Shown here: positions 26,692 through 35,590 of the stretch, piece after piece
Layout: every line of letters starts with the position of its first letter
Numbering within the stretch: the stretch's first letter is position 1
DNA from: a virus
Length of the DNA: 64,000 bases
IMG/VR virus record: IMGVR_UViG_3300028800_000002
Coordinates: 1-64,000 of that record
Strand: one strand, 5' to 3'
Notes under the pieces: generated by a model
Told to the model about the DNA's origin: nothing
Databases searched by the model: none
The model's input: the letters and a program-made list of their open reading frames with translations, nothing else
Translations under genes and position numbers: made by a program

Positions 26692-27855
26692 TTACGACAC
26701 AGCCTTTCCGTCGAGGGTAACCGTGCCGCCGGTGACGACAAGCGTGTGCACCGTCTGGGTCGGAGTAGGCGTGGGAGTAGGCGTGGGAGCTGGGGTACTT
26801 CCCTGCAGGGCTGCCAAGAGCTTGGCGCCGATTGGCACTCCTTGCCCAGTGCAGCAGTCGTAACCAGAGCGCGCGGCATAGGTTCCGTTGTTGCCTGAGG
26901 TGATGTCTCTGGACCAGCCGGATAGTTTGTAAAGGGATGGATTGATGAAACCGACGTTGGCGCCGAGCTCTTGGGACAGGCAAACGGCCAGAGCTGCCCA
27001 CATAGGCGCGACCGCTGAAGTTCCGCCGATTACCATCTGCTGACCGTCAACGATCACGATCCATCCGGTGTTGGGGTCTGCGTTGCCTGCTACATCCGGC
27101 ACTCCACGGTACTTGGCCCCTGGCACATTGGCCGATGCCTGCCATGAGGGGAGAAGGAAGGTCCCGCTAACACCACCGCCGGTAGCTCCGCCGTTGCTTC
27201 CATCGTTCCAGACCGTCTCGCTGATGGGCTGGGTGCTGTTGATGGCAGTGCCGCCGCAACCAAGAACATGCGGAGAACTTGCTGGGAAGTCGACGTGTTT
27301 ACCCGATTCTCCATCGCTCGAGCCGTTGTCCCCTGCTGCGCAGGTCACCGTGATTCCAGCTGCGCCACACGCGGCAAATTCTGCATCGAAGGCCTGCATG
27401 GTGGCTGCGCCCCACTGATCTTCGGGTGCGCCCCACGAAATGCTGATGGCATCCATCTTGTCGAGGCGAGCTTGCTTGATGGCGGCGAGAAACCCTGCAT
27501 CAGTGTTATCTGCCATGTACAAGTGCAGTTCTGCACCTGGCGCCATGCCTCCTATCACGCACAAGTCGAGCATTACTTCACCATCGGCTCCGTTAGGATC
27601 GCCTGGTGAATTCTGCGCACCGTCGATGCTATGGAAGACAACGGGTTTGACGGTGAGACCCATCCCATGGAAGTAGTTGTCGAGGTCTCTTTGAACAAAA
27701 CCACCACCAAGCTCAATGACAGCGGCCTTTTTACCTGCCCCCGTGGCCCCTGAGGGGAATCCGTAGAAAGCTGCAAGTTGCTTGGGAGTGAACTGTGAGC
27801 TTGTGGTTGCTGCAAAGCGAAAACGTGCGTGCTTGAGGTATGGTCGGCATTTCAT
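26692..27855 (-). CDS. Peptidase S53 (sedolisin/kumamolisin-like), mature domain only
   Basis: Catalytic Glu/Asp DGEVMLD, oxyanion AAGDNG, nucleophile GGTSAVAP, RGVPDVAGNADP, Ca-site GYDCCTGQGVP; PT linker at the C-terminus. Confidence 0.93.
   Translation of the reverse strand: MKCRPYLKHARFRFAATTSSQFTPKQLAAFYGFPSGATGAGKKAAVIELGGGFVQRDLDNYFHGMGLTVKPVVFHSIDGAQNSPGDPNGADGEVMLDLCVIGGMAPGAELHLYMADNTDAGFLAAIKQARLDKMDAISISWGAPEDQWGAATMQAFDAEFAACGAAGITVTCAAGDNGSSDGESGKHVDFPASSPHVLGCGGTAINSTQPISETVWNDGSNGGATGGGVSGTFLLPSWQASANVPGAKYRGVPDVAGNADPNTGWIVIVDGQQMVIGGTSAVAPMWAALAVCLSQELGANVGFINPSLYKLSGWSRDITSGNNGTYAARSGYDCCTGQGVPIGAKLLAALQGSTPAPTPTPTPTPTQTVHTLVVTGGTVTLDGKAVS
26762..26789 (-). repeat. 12-bp tandem repeat encoding a Pro-Thr linker
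   Basis: ggagtaggcgtg repeated on the + strand. Confidence 0.8.
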
Positions 27856-28023
27856 GGTAGGTAACGGTCTCTTTCTGGCATACGCCGATGTGAGGTCTGT
27901 GACTAAAACTAGCTAGGGTCAATACTCAACGGAAACTACAACAGAAGTACCGATGAATTATACCTCTTTGTCAAATTTGATCTTGAGCATGCCGATGAGT
28001 GGCTGCTGAGCTAAGCTGCGCGC

Positions 28024-28302
28024 GTGCCATCATCAAAACCCCGTTCCAAGCCAACCATGGTTAGAGTACCCCTAGCAGACTTGGAGTCACTCATTGCTGT
28101 ACTCGGTAGCTGCGAAGACAATTTTTGTAGTAATCGCCTTCAGAATCAAATCGATCTTCGCACCCAGTACCTACGGTTCTCGGCGCTACGAGACGAGGCC
28201 TTAGGTGACTCTGCTCCAGATACCGTGCGAGCGCGCAGGCACACCACGGAGATTGTTGAGGTCGATGCGAGATCACCTAATCGTAAAAACGATTTCAGGT
28301 AG
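28024..28302 (+). CDS. Hypothetical protein
   Basis: TAAGCT-N6-GTG start; ends at a terminator. Confidence 0.6.
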   Translation: MPSSKPRSKPTMVRVPLADLESLIAVLGSCEDNFCSNRLQNQIDLRTQYLRFSALRDEALGDSAPDTVRARRHTTEIVEVDARSPNRKNDFR

Positions 28303-28330
28303 CTAAGGAAAAAGCCTTGCGGCTTCTTCC
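28301..28330. terminator. Intrinsic terminator between convergent genes
   Basis: AAGCC-TTGC-GGCTT; minus tail TTTTTCCTTAGCT. Confidence 0.7.
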
Positions 28331-28336
28331 AGTGCG

Positions 28337-28657
28337 TCACAGAGGGGCAAGTAGTATTTGCCCGCTTTGCTCTATTTCTTCACTTTGTACTTCTTGCGCA
28401 GCCTGGCTCTGCAGACCCTGCTCACGCAGTGCTGCTCCATAGACCACTACGTCTGCCCACTTGCTGATTTTGTCCAAGAACGGTGCAGTGTCATCAGCCA
28501 TGAACAACGTGGGATTCGAGCTGCAGGCAGAGAATGCTGCATAACTTCTGGCATAGGCCTCAGCCAACGTCGGCAGGTTTGGCACAAGTTGCGGTAACGT
28601 GTTTCTTCGTTGAATGTCCTGGTCCTTGAGTTCTATCGCGCTGTTTGATTGTGTCAT
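28337..28657 (-). CDS. Hypothetical protein
   Basis: AGAAGGA RBS and repeat promoter. Confidence 0.7.
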   Translation of the reverse strand: MTQSNSAIELKDQDIQRRNTLPQLVPNLPTLAEAYARSYAAFSACSSNPTLFMADDTAPFLDKISKWADVVVYGAALREQGLQSQAAQEVQSEEIEQSGQILLAPL

Positions 28658-28667
28658 TGTAGTAGGT

Positions 28668-28692
28668 TCCTTCTAACCTTCTTATCCCCGAA
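28668..28692. repeat. 25-bp exact direct repeat, copy 2
   Basis: tccttctaaccttcttatccccgaa, identical to 23746-23770. Confidence 0.9.
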
Positions 28693-28709
28693 AGTTCGGG
28701 AATATTGCG
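28681..28709 (-). promoter_or_regulatory. Repeat promoter copy
   Basis: CGCAAT-N17(ends TTCGGG)-GATAAG-AAGGTTAGAAGGA. Confidence 0.75.
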
Positions 28710-28717
28710 CAGAGGTC

Positions 28718-28745
28718 CTCAAAATGGTTGGTATTGCGAGATAAG
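28718..28745 (+). promoter_or_regulatory. Repeat promoter copy, divergent partner of 28681-28709
   Basis: CTCAAA-N16-GATAAG. Confidence 0.55.
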
Positions 28746-28785
28746 AGTTGTAGACCCACCAAGCTGGTACAAGTAAGGCAAGTTC

Positions 28786-28968
28786 ATGATCATTCACCTA
28801 GTGCCATACGAGCAAGTTTTTCTGAGCGTCACCATCTCGCTCGATGAAGCTACATCACTTTCGGACGCTCTGGTGAGTAGCCACAATGAGGTAGCACTGG
28901 AGTTGAACAAGTTACTTGAAGACGGCATCGACAAAGCAGCCAAGCTGCAGGACAGGAGAACCAGGTGA
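28786..28968 (+). CDS. Small hypothetical protein
   Basis: Downstream of a + strand copy of the repeat promoter. Confidence 0.6.
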   Translation: MIIHLVPYEQVFLSVTISLDEATSLSDALVSSHNEVALELNKLLEDGIDKAAKLQDRRTR

Positions 28969-29429
28969 GATTTCGAGCCATCAGTACGCGGACACGGGAA
29001 CAAGTCGGTAAGGAGTTTGACGCCCCTGATTGGGGAGCAGCCAAAGTCATCGGGGCCATGCAGGAGACCTCGGATACCCGGGTGGTTATTCAGGAGGTGC
29101 ATCCGGCGCAGGCATCATTGGACTCCATTGATGTCGCAGAGGAACTAGACAAGATGGCTAAGGGGCGCGAAGAGGATAAGGACCTCCCGTTACAGGAGGT
29201 GGAACGGAGGTTAGATCATTGGCTTCACCTTTACATCCAAACCTCCACCCTTGAACTACCTAGGGGGTTCCGACTAGTCCCCCACGTTCACAGGGGCATT
29301 GACGCCAGCATGAGAGGCCAGTGGTCGGTCACTATCACCCTGGTGCAGGATGATGAAAAGCAGGAGACCGAAAAGGGGTCCTCTCCGAGTGCCAGGGGAG
29401 GAAACGGCAAAGAACCTGCTGGTTCGTGA
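28965..29429 (+). CDS. Hypothetical protein
   Basis: AGGAG RBS; GTGA overlap. Confidence 0.7.
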   Translation: MRFRAISTRTREQVGKEFDAPDWGAAKVIGAMQETSDTRVVIQEVHPAQASLDSIDVAEELDKMAKGREEDKDLPLQEVERRLDHWLHLYIQTSTLELPRGFRLVPHVHRGIDASMRGQWSVTITLVQDDEKQETEKGSSPSARGGNGKEPAGS

Positions 29430-29474
29430 GCTTGCGCTTGGCGAAGATCTCCTTCACCATTTTGTTCTTTCGAA

Positions 29475-29545
29475 TCTATAACGATACTCAAGTCATATGT
29501 TCAGTGGTTTAGGGTAGAGGAGACCTCACTCCAGATCGTTATAGA
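29475..29545. repeat. 11-bp perfect inverted repeat beside an A/purine tract
   Basis: TCTATAACGAT (29475-29485) and ATCGTTATAGA (29535-29545); A-rich run at 29546-29575. Confidence 0.8.
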
Positions 29546-29589
29546 ATAAAAAAAAGAAAAAGAGAGAGAAAAGAACTTCGAGGTAGAGC

Positions 29590-30021
29590 GTGAGATACCC
29601 CAGATGGATTCTTCATTACAAGGCCCCTCTGGCAGCCAAGCTGCTTGAGGGAAATACAATCAACATTGCCCATGATTTGAAAACCTGGCCACAACACTTT
29701 CAAGCAATTCGTGCTGGAGACAAGACCTACGAGATTCGTAGAAACCACGATAGGAAGTTCCACGTTGGTGATGTGTTGAAGCTGTCCGAGTTCGTCCTTG
29801 CTGAGTACGATCCATATCGAGCAGACAACCCTGGCAGCTACACTGGTCGCCACGAACTAGTGCTGATTACCTACGTTGGTAGCGATTCCTACTCTTCCTT
29901 GGCTGCTCCGCACACTTGCGTGGCAATGAGTATTGTCAAGCTGGGCTTGAATGAATTGCACAGCTATGGAGTTGAGTACAACATTCACCCTTTGCCCAGA
30001 CCGATCAATGCCAGTATGTGA
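29590..30021 (+). CDS. DUF3850 / ASCH-domain protein
   Basis: HDLKTWPQHFQAIRAGDKTYEIRRNHDRKFHVGDVLKL. Confidence 0.85.
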   Translation: MRYPRWILHYKAPLAAKLLEGNTINIAHDLKTWPQHFQAIRAGDKTYEIRRNHDRKFHVGDVLKLSEFVLAEYDPYRADNPGSYTGRHELVLITYVGSDSYSSLAAPHTCVAMSIVKLGLNELHSYGVEYNIHPLPRPINASM

Positions 30022-30050
30022 CAAGGCATGTATGGCAAGGAGAATCAACC

Positions 30051-30293
30051 ATGGATGACCTTCGAGCAATTCCCTCTGCGAGTTCCCCTACCATAGCTAA
30101 GGTAGTTGCACTCAAGCTCCCGATGGAAACCATCAAGGGGTTTGTAGGCTGGCTCTCGCGGGAGAACTCCGATCTGACAGTGGCCACAGTTTTCGAGAAC
30201 ATCGATGGCTTACTTTATTGGTACTACAACATTGATGTAGTTAGGTTGCAGGAAGAAGTTGAGCGGCGCAAAGCGCCCAGGAATCCGGCATAA
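30051..30293 (+). CDS. Hypothetical protein
   Basis: AAGGAG RBS. Confidence 0.7.
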   Translation: MDDLRAIPSASSPTIAKVVALKLPMETIKGFVGWLSRENSDLTVATVFENIDGLLYWYYNIDVVRLQEEVERRKAPRNPA

Positions 30294-30388
30294 CGAAACG
30301 TGTGAGGCAACAATGGCTCTTATTCGAATTGAGGTAAGCACCGACCCGTCACTGACGATGGGGATGGAAGCTTACCTAAGCGAGGTAC

Positions 30389-30835
30389 ATGGCAAAGACG
30401 TTCAGCATCAAATGGGGAAAGGACGGAGTCCCGGTGGGCAAGGGAGCCGTACCTCCGGCAATCGGACAACTTCTAGCTGCAGGGCACTTTCGGCAAGAGC
30501 CGAAGAACGACTTACTCACGCCTCACCAGCTAAAGTCCAAAAGGCTGGCTGAGGCTCTTCGGATAGTTGAACGAGATAACCCGCATAGGGTGATGCCTGA
30601 GCAGATTTGGGAAGACTTGGACATTCGATCTCGCAGCGAAGAGGGGACTCCTCGCAGGATCAAAGTTGTAGCGCTCTGCTGGTCAGAGAAGGGCTACTAC
30701 GCATTGGCGGAGAACTTGACCACACATCGTAGATCATTCGTCAATCTCAAGTATTTTTGCGTTCGCCGTAAGAGAGGTTTCAAAAGGATTGATGCCGGAG
30801 CAGATAACCAACCGAGAGGGCCTGACGTTTCATGA
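30389..30835 (+). CDS. Basic hypothetical protein
   Basis: GAGGT RBS. Confidence 0.65.
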   Translation: MAKTFSIKWGKDGVPVGKGAVPPAIGQLLAAGHFRQEPKNDLLTPHQLKSKRLAEALRIVERDNPHRVMPEQIWEDLDIRSRSEEGTPRRIKVVALCWSEKGYYALAENLTTHRRSFVNLKYFCVRRKRGFKRIDAGADNQPRGPDVS

Positions 30836-30983
30836 ATGGTTCAAGGCCGCCAATGCTTGGGGCGCAAACGTAGTTGACAAAGACACAGGGAGAAAAGCTT
30901 GGATGGCTGGGGAAGACCCGACCGAATACGCCGCTCGAGCAAACGAGAGCGAACAACCCGTCATTGTTTTGTGCATGAGGTAA
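30792..30983 (+). CDS. Small hypothetical protein
   Basis: AAGGA RBS; TFHEWF...AWMAGEDPTEY. Confidence 0.55.
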   Translation: MPEQITNREGLTFHEWFKAANAWGANVVDKDTGRKAWMAGEDPTEYAARANESEQPVIVLCMR

Positions 30984-30985
30984 CT

Positions 30986-31516
30986 ATGAACGTCAATGAC
31001 TTACGGGTGGGATCGTTGTATCTGCTTATGAACGGACGCATCATGCGGTATCAAGGGCCCTGGGGGCTCGACAACTACGCACATGTCCCAGCAGCGCATT
31101 GCCTTGCATTCAGTTCCCCAAGTGTTGGCGTTGAGTCTCCAGCCACTGGGTACTCATCTGAGGCAAATCGAATAATCCGTGCGATGCGACACGCGGATTT
31201 GCCCTGGCTTCAAAAGCGTATGGCTTCAGAGAAGGCTAGGGATCTCGAGTGGGAAGAGACGCGCCACGTCATTTACGAATTGGAAAGGCAACAACGCATG
31301 GATCCCAATACCGCACTCCGTAATATGCGTGATGCAACGCGCGCACTCAGGTTGCAGGACGACGCAGAACTTGACGCTGATAAGAAACTGCGGGAGCGTC
31401 GAAGCACGCGCGTGGATTATGAGCCCGTGCTGGAGGCCATTGAGCACTTCGAAGCGCTAGACGCATGGCTAACTAGCGGTGGATTTTTACCCACAGACTG
31501 GGACAAGAACCGATGA
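30986..31516 (+). CDS. Hypothetical protein
   Basis: GAGGT RBS; ATGA overlap with the ATPase. Confidence 0.7.
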   Translation: MNVNDLRVGSLYLLMNGRIMRYQGPWGLDNYAHVPAAHCLAFSSPSVGVESPATGYSSEANRIIRAMRHADLPWLQKRMASEKARDLEWEETRHVIYELERQQRMDPNTALRNMRDATRALRLQDDAELDADKKLRERRSTRVDYEPVLEAIEHFEALDAWLTSGGFLPTDWDKNR

Positions 31517-33213
31517 CACTGAATATTTCAAAGACAGTGCAATTGCCGCTCGAGGCGGTGACGAGCACTTTTGGACTCCTCGCGGTCAGGGGCGCCGGCA
31601 AAACTAACGCAGCGCGCGCTCTCGCTGAGGAGATGTTTGCAGCAGGGCTACCATTCGTGGCTATCGATCCTGTGGGGTCTTGGTATGGATTGCGCGCGGA
31701 TAAGGATGGAAAAGCTGCAGGAGGTTTGCCCATCTTCATCTTTGGTGGTGACCATGGGGATGTTCCGCTCACGCGCGGATCGGGTGATCTGGTTGCGGAC
31801 ATCATTGTCAACGACCGTTTGGCCTGTATCATCGACCTGTCGGGGTTTGACTCGGAAGCCGATAAGAAGGCTTTCCTGCTCGCATTCGCGCGCCGGTTCT
31901 ATCAAAAGAACCGAGATCCCATTCACCTCTTCCTTGAGGAGGCAGACGACTACATCCCTCAGAATCCCATGAAGGATGAATTGCAGCTAAAGCGCGCGTG
32001 GGAGAACATCGTGCGCCGGGGGCGCGGGCGCGGCATTGGGATGACCCTTATTACTCAGCGCAGCGCCGTGGTCAATAAGGACGTGCTCACCCAAGTGGAA
32101 ACGCTTTTTGTGATGCGTACGACGGGCCCGCAGGACATCAAAGCCATTGAGGGGTGGACTAAGTACCACGACTTTGGGCACGACTTGCTCAGCAAGCTGT
32201 CGGGGCTTGAGGACGGGGAGGCCTACGTCTGGTCTCCGCATTTCCTCAAAACCAACAAGCGGTTCAAGTTCCGTATGAGCACTACCTTCGACTCTGGGGC
32301 AACTCCCAAGAACTTGAAAGGTACGGCGGCTAGGAAAATAGCCACGCTGCGAGATGTCGACGTGGACAAGTTGAAGGGTCGCATCGAGGCCACTGTTGAA
32401 AAGGTCAAGTTGGAAAACCCGGCGCTGCTGCGCGGGGAAGTAGCACGTTTGAAGCAGCAACAACTAGTCGACAATGCAGAAATACAACGTCTTCACACAG
32501 AACTTTCAAAGGCAAAGCCACCAGTGGACCTCAAAGGGCTCAATGCCCTTATTGAGAAGTTGGCAGTTGCCTCCGAGAAGACCGAAGGTGCGGTGAACAA
32601 GCTGCATGGGATGGTGAAGGCATCGCCCATGACATCGGGGCAGGTTGCTCGAGTAAAGGATGTCCCTTTGACCTATGCGCAGAGGGTACCAAGCAGGAAA
32701 CCACTGGAATTGCCTGCGGGCGCGCGCACCGACGGGGAGTTCAAGCTGCAGGCTTGCCCGCGCAGCTTGCTCGAGGTTCTCGTAGTTCACTATCCCAAGT
32801 CCCTGAAGGCCTCTGCGGTCTCCATTCTTTCGGGGTATTTGGTCAAAAGCAGCGGATTCCAGAATGGACTCTCAACGCTGCGGGTGGCCAAGTTGATCGT
32901 GGGCAAAAGCGACGCCCTTACCGCCACGGAGCTTGGTTGCAGTGTGGCTGGAGAAGTTTCAGCTCTCCCATCTGGTAAGGATTTGCTCGAGTATTGGAAG
33001 AACAAGCTCGACAAGTGCCCAGCAACGCTGCTGCAGGTTATCTACGATGCAGGCGTAATGCGCGAGCAAGCAGTCGCAAAGAAATACATCGCGGAGCACG
33101 CTGGCTACTCAGAATCGAGTAGTGGATTTCAGAATGGGTTGAGCACATTGCGCACGCTTGAGCTCATTACTGGCTACAAGGAGATGAAGGCAGCCGATAC
33201 ATTTTACGATTGA
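31513..33213 (+). CDS. HerA/FtsK-superfamily ATPase with coiled coil and two C-terminal wHTH-like repeats
   Basis: Walker A AVRGAGKT, IDPVG, Walker B HLFLEEAD, arginine-finger segment RRGRGRGIGMTLITQR; SSGFQNGLSTLR occurs twice. Confidence 0.85.
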   Translation: MTLNISKTVQLPLEAVTSTFGLLAVRGAGKTNAARALAEEMFAAGLPFVAIDPVGSWYGLRADKDGKAAGGLPIFIFGGDHGDVPLTRGSGDLVADIIVNDRLACIIDLSGFDSEADKKAFLLAFARRFYQKNRDPIHLFLEEADDYIPQNPMKDELQLKRAWENIVRRGRGRGIGMTLITQRSAVVNKDVLTQVETLFVMRTTGPQDIKAIEGWTKYHDFGHDLLSKLSGLEDGEAYVWSPHFLKTNKRFKFRMSTTFDSGATPKNLKGTAARKIATLRDVDVDKLKGRIEATVEKVKLENPALLRGEVARLKQQQLVDNAEIQRLHTELSKAKPPVDLKGLNALIEKLAVASEKTEGAVNKLHGMVKASPMTSGQVARVKDVPLTYAQRVPSRKPLELPAGARTDGEFKLQACPRSLLEVLVVHYPKSLKASAVSILSGYLVKSSGFQNGLSTLRVAKLIVGKSDALTATELGCSVAGEVSALPSGKDLLEYWKNKLDKCPATLLQVIYDAGVMREQAVAKKYIAEHAGYSESSSGFQNGLSTLRTLELITGYKEMKAADTFYD

Positions 33214-33234
33214 TTTCAACAAAGGAGCAGTTAG

Positions 33235-33528
33235 ATGGAAAGTACAAAGGGCCCCTACCGAGGCCCACCTCCGTACTTATTACGAATCTCTAGCAGAGCA
33301 AATCCCAAGCACCGCACGATTGCTGGGGCTGCATTTCCGGTCAACTTCGGCCAATTCAATTTGGTGCTGAATCCTGGAGTAGTCCTCTCGTGGACCGACG
33401 ACGTCTGGGTTACACTAGTACCAACCAAAGATGTCGAACGAGAGCCAATGGACCCGGGATGTGCAAGTGATGGCGTCGATGCTGCGCCAACCTCAGGAGG
33501 GGGAAGAAGAGATGACTTCCCCCTCTGA
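33235..33528 (+). CDS. Hypothetical protein
   Basis: AAGGAG RBS. Confidence 0.65.
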   Translation: MESTKGPYRGPPPYLLRISSRANPKHRTIAGAAFPVNFGQFNLVLNPGVVLSWTDDVWVTLVPTKDVEREPMDPGCASDGVDAAPTSGGGRRDDFPL

Positions 33529-33553
33529 GTTGACCCCAACCTCCTCTAGTATC

Positions 33554-34144
33554 ATGAGCCGGAGACCCCGTGTATTGCTTGACGTGGATGGGGTCATTGC
33601 GGATTTCGTGCAGTTGATGGTCAATGCTGTTCGGAATCTCAAGCTCAGCGATGTCCCCATAACTTGGCGTCCCGCGCATTGGGATGTAGCAAAGGAGTTG
33701 GGGCTTACCAGGAAGCAGGAAGACGCCGTTTACGATGTTCTTCGTCTCCCTGGGTCTGCGAACATGCTGCACCCGCTCCCTGGGGCGATACAAGGTGTGA
33801 AGAAGCTCGCGGGTTTGTTTGATGTGGCTTTTGTGACAACCCCATTGGATGGCGGCCAAACCTGGTGCTTCGACAGGATCGAGTGGCTTGTGCGGCACTT
33901 CGGTGAGGAGCTGGGTAACCGCTGGGTATTTACAGAGAACAAGTACTTGATCTACGGGGACTTCCTAGTTGACGACAAGCCTTCGCACTGCTTGGACTTC
34001 AAGAAGGCCTGGCCAGGAAGTGTCCCTCTTCGCTGGCTTGCCCCTGGTATGACAGTTCAGGATGGTATTGCTCACGTCAGTACTTGGCGCGAGGTAGAGT
34101 TTGCCGTTAGACGTTGGGGCAAACGGATGTCACTGGCTGTGTAA
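33554..34144 (+). CDS. 5'(3')-deoxyribonucleotidase, HAD/NT5C family
   Basis: LLDVDGVIADF (DxD motif I), FVTTP, KYLIYGDFLVDDKP. Confidence 0.88.
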   Translation: MSRRPRVLLDVDGVIADFVQLMVNAVRNLKLSDVPITWRPAHWDVAKELGLTRKQEDAVYDVLRLPGSANMLHPLPGAIQGVKKLAGLFDVAFVTTPLDGGQTWCFDRIEWLVRHFGEELGNRWVFTENKYLIYGDFLVDDKPSHCLDFKKAWPGSVPLRWLAPGMTVQDGIAHVSTWREVEFAVRRWGKRMSLAV

Positions 34145-34153
34145 CTCGCTGAT

Positions 34154-34178
34154 GGCGCCCGCAGGGGCGCCTTTAGCA
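34154..34178 (+). terminator. Intrinsic terminator
   Basis: GGCGCCC-GCAG-GGGCGCC then TTTAGC. Confidence 0.7.
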
Positions 34179-34203
34179 TAATTACTTGTTGTGAACTCCC
34201 ACC

Positions 34204-34233
34204 AGCAAACTTCGCTCGCGCCGAGGCAATAAG
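34204..34233 (+). promoter_or_regulatory. Repeat promoter copy (variant)
   Basis: AGCAAA-N18-AATAAG-GGAGGTAAAGGAG; follows a terminator. Confidence 0.5.
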
Positions 34234-34256
34234 GGAGGTAAAGGAGACTAGCCAAT

Positions 34257-34721
34257 ATGGCCGCTAGGCGCCCTATTCTTTCGAAGTATCCTCATCTGCG
34301 CGCAGTGCTGCAAAATGATGCCAGGGCCAATGCCGAGTTCAATGCAGCGTTGAATGAGTGCTCCTCTCAAGAGTCTTCCTCTGCGGAGCTCAACCAAGCC
34401 TTGGAGGAACTAAGAAGATCAGAATCCAACTTGCAGGAGCAATTCAATAAGGCCACCTCCGCTGAAAGAACCTTAGAGAAGTCGATTCGCTTCATCCGTT
34501 TATTGGGGGAGTTACTCGAGGCGCAGACGAATTTTAGTCCTTACACAGAGGACTTGGCAGAGAAGAGAAAATACAACATTGAATTTAGCCCAGCGCAGAT
34601 TAGGCTAGCCCTTCGTTGGTATTGGGACGTTCTTGGGTCTGCGATGGAGAATTCAATTACCCGTTCTGTAGTTTTTGATCCAGCAGCGGAGCGCGAAGAT
34701 GACAATGATCCCACCCAATAG
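34257..34721 (+). CDS. Coiled-coil hypothetical protein
   Basis: AAGGAG RBS; promoter-like repeat upstream. Confidence 0.75.
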   Translation: MAARRPILSKYPHLRAVLQNDARANAEFNAALNECSSQESSSAELNQALEELRRSESNLQEQFNKATSAERTLEKSIRFIRLLGELLEAQTNFSPYTEDLAEKRKYNIEFSPAQIRLALRWYWDVLGSAMENSITRSVVFDPAAEREDDNDPTQ

Positions 34722-34998
34722 GCGCTTCTTACCAACCCCTAGCGGGCAACTAGTATGCATCGATCATCGGTGCTCCGCCGTTGTAGATGATGACTCTGTT
34801 GAGTTTGCTCGCAAGCTTCAAGAGGTTTTGAACTCATATACTCAAGATGGCTACACGATGCAGACGATGATCCCTCGAGATAAAGATCAGGGATTGGTGG
34901 TCGTCTTTCAGAGGGTGAGCCTGATGGATACTACTGAAACAGCACAAGGGGAGCGGTCGCCAGTCGTGGCTCCCCCATCACAAGGAACGAGGCATTGA
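34699..34998 (+). CDS. Hypothetical protein
   Basis: Overlaps the upstream stop. Confidence 0.6.
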   Translation: MTMIPPNRRFLPTPSGQLVCIDHRCSAVVDDDSVEFARKLQEVLNSYTQDGYTMQTMIPRDKDQGLVVVFQRVSLMDTTETAQGERSPVVAPPSQGTRH

Positions 34999-34999
34999 C

Positions 35000-35590
35000 A
35001 TGGATGAGGCAGTTATAGCTAGTCAAATTGATCCGAGAATCAAAGAGCTGCGGCTCAAGGACATACAGCGTGAGCAGTGCGCGTGGTCATTGAGCAACTT
35101 CGGGGAGCAAACTACTGGAAGGATGGCCCTCGGCCTCATCGAAGAGTTGGGCGAGGTAGAAGAGGCTTGGGCAGAGGACAACACAGAGAAGCTCTTCGAC
35201 GCCATCGGCGATGTTGGCATTTACATGCTCAACTACTGCAACATCGTAAACTGGGATATTGCTAAGATTTTTGCTGCGCGCACCCCCTGTAACCCTGACG
35301 CTCAAAGATATCCACAACGTGTAACACCATTGATGCGGGCTATCGCCCACCATCAGCTCAAGGGAGAGCAGAATATCCGTGGTGGCAGCGCCCATCATGC
35401 AAGGCAAATGGAGCTAACGCTGTGCCATGTGCTGTATCAGATCGATCAGCTGTCGTATCGGGCCATGCCCTGTGGGGATTTCTTCACCATCTTGGATTCG
35501 GTTTGGGTAAAGGTCAGCAAGCGCGACTGGGTGAAGAACCCTGACAACGCGGATGTGGTGGCAGAGGAGCAGGAGATCAAAGATGCCTAA
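35000..35590 (+). CDS. MazG-like all-alpha NTP pyrophosphohydrolase
   Basis: LGLIEELGEVEEAW...DAIGDVGIY (EExxE...D metal motif). Confidence 0.8.
   Translation: MDEAVIASQIDPRIKELRLKDIQREQCAWSLSNFGEQTTGRMALGLIEELGEVEEAWAEDNTEKLFDAIGDVGIYMLNYCNIVNWDIAKIFAARTPCNPDAQRYPQRVTPLMRAIAHHQLKGEQNIRGGSAHHARQMELTLCHVLYQIDQLSYRAMPCGDFFTILDSVWVKVSKRDWVKNPDNADVVAEEQEIKDA

Noticed and set aside
27957-27974. Perfect TTGACA and TATAAT on the minus strand
   Set aside because: Only 6 nt apart, so not one sigma70 promoter; only the -10 was used.
33246-33266. Third GGGCCCC..GAGGCCC hairpin-like copy
   Set aside because: It lies in coding sequence (KGPYRGP) and lacks the inner stem; likely coincidental.
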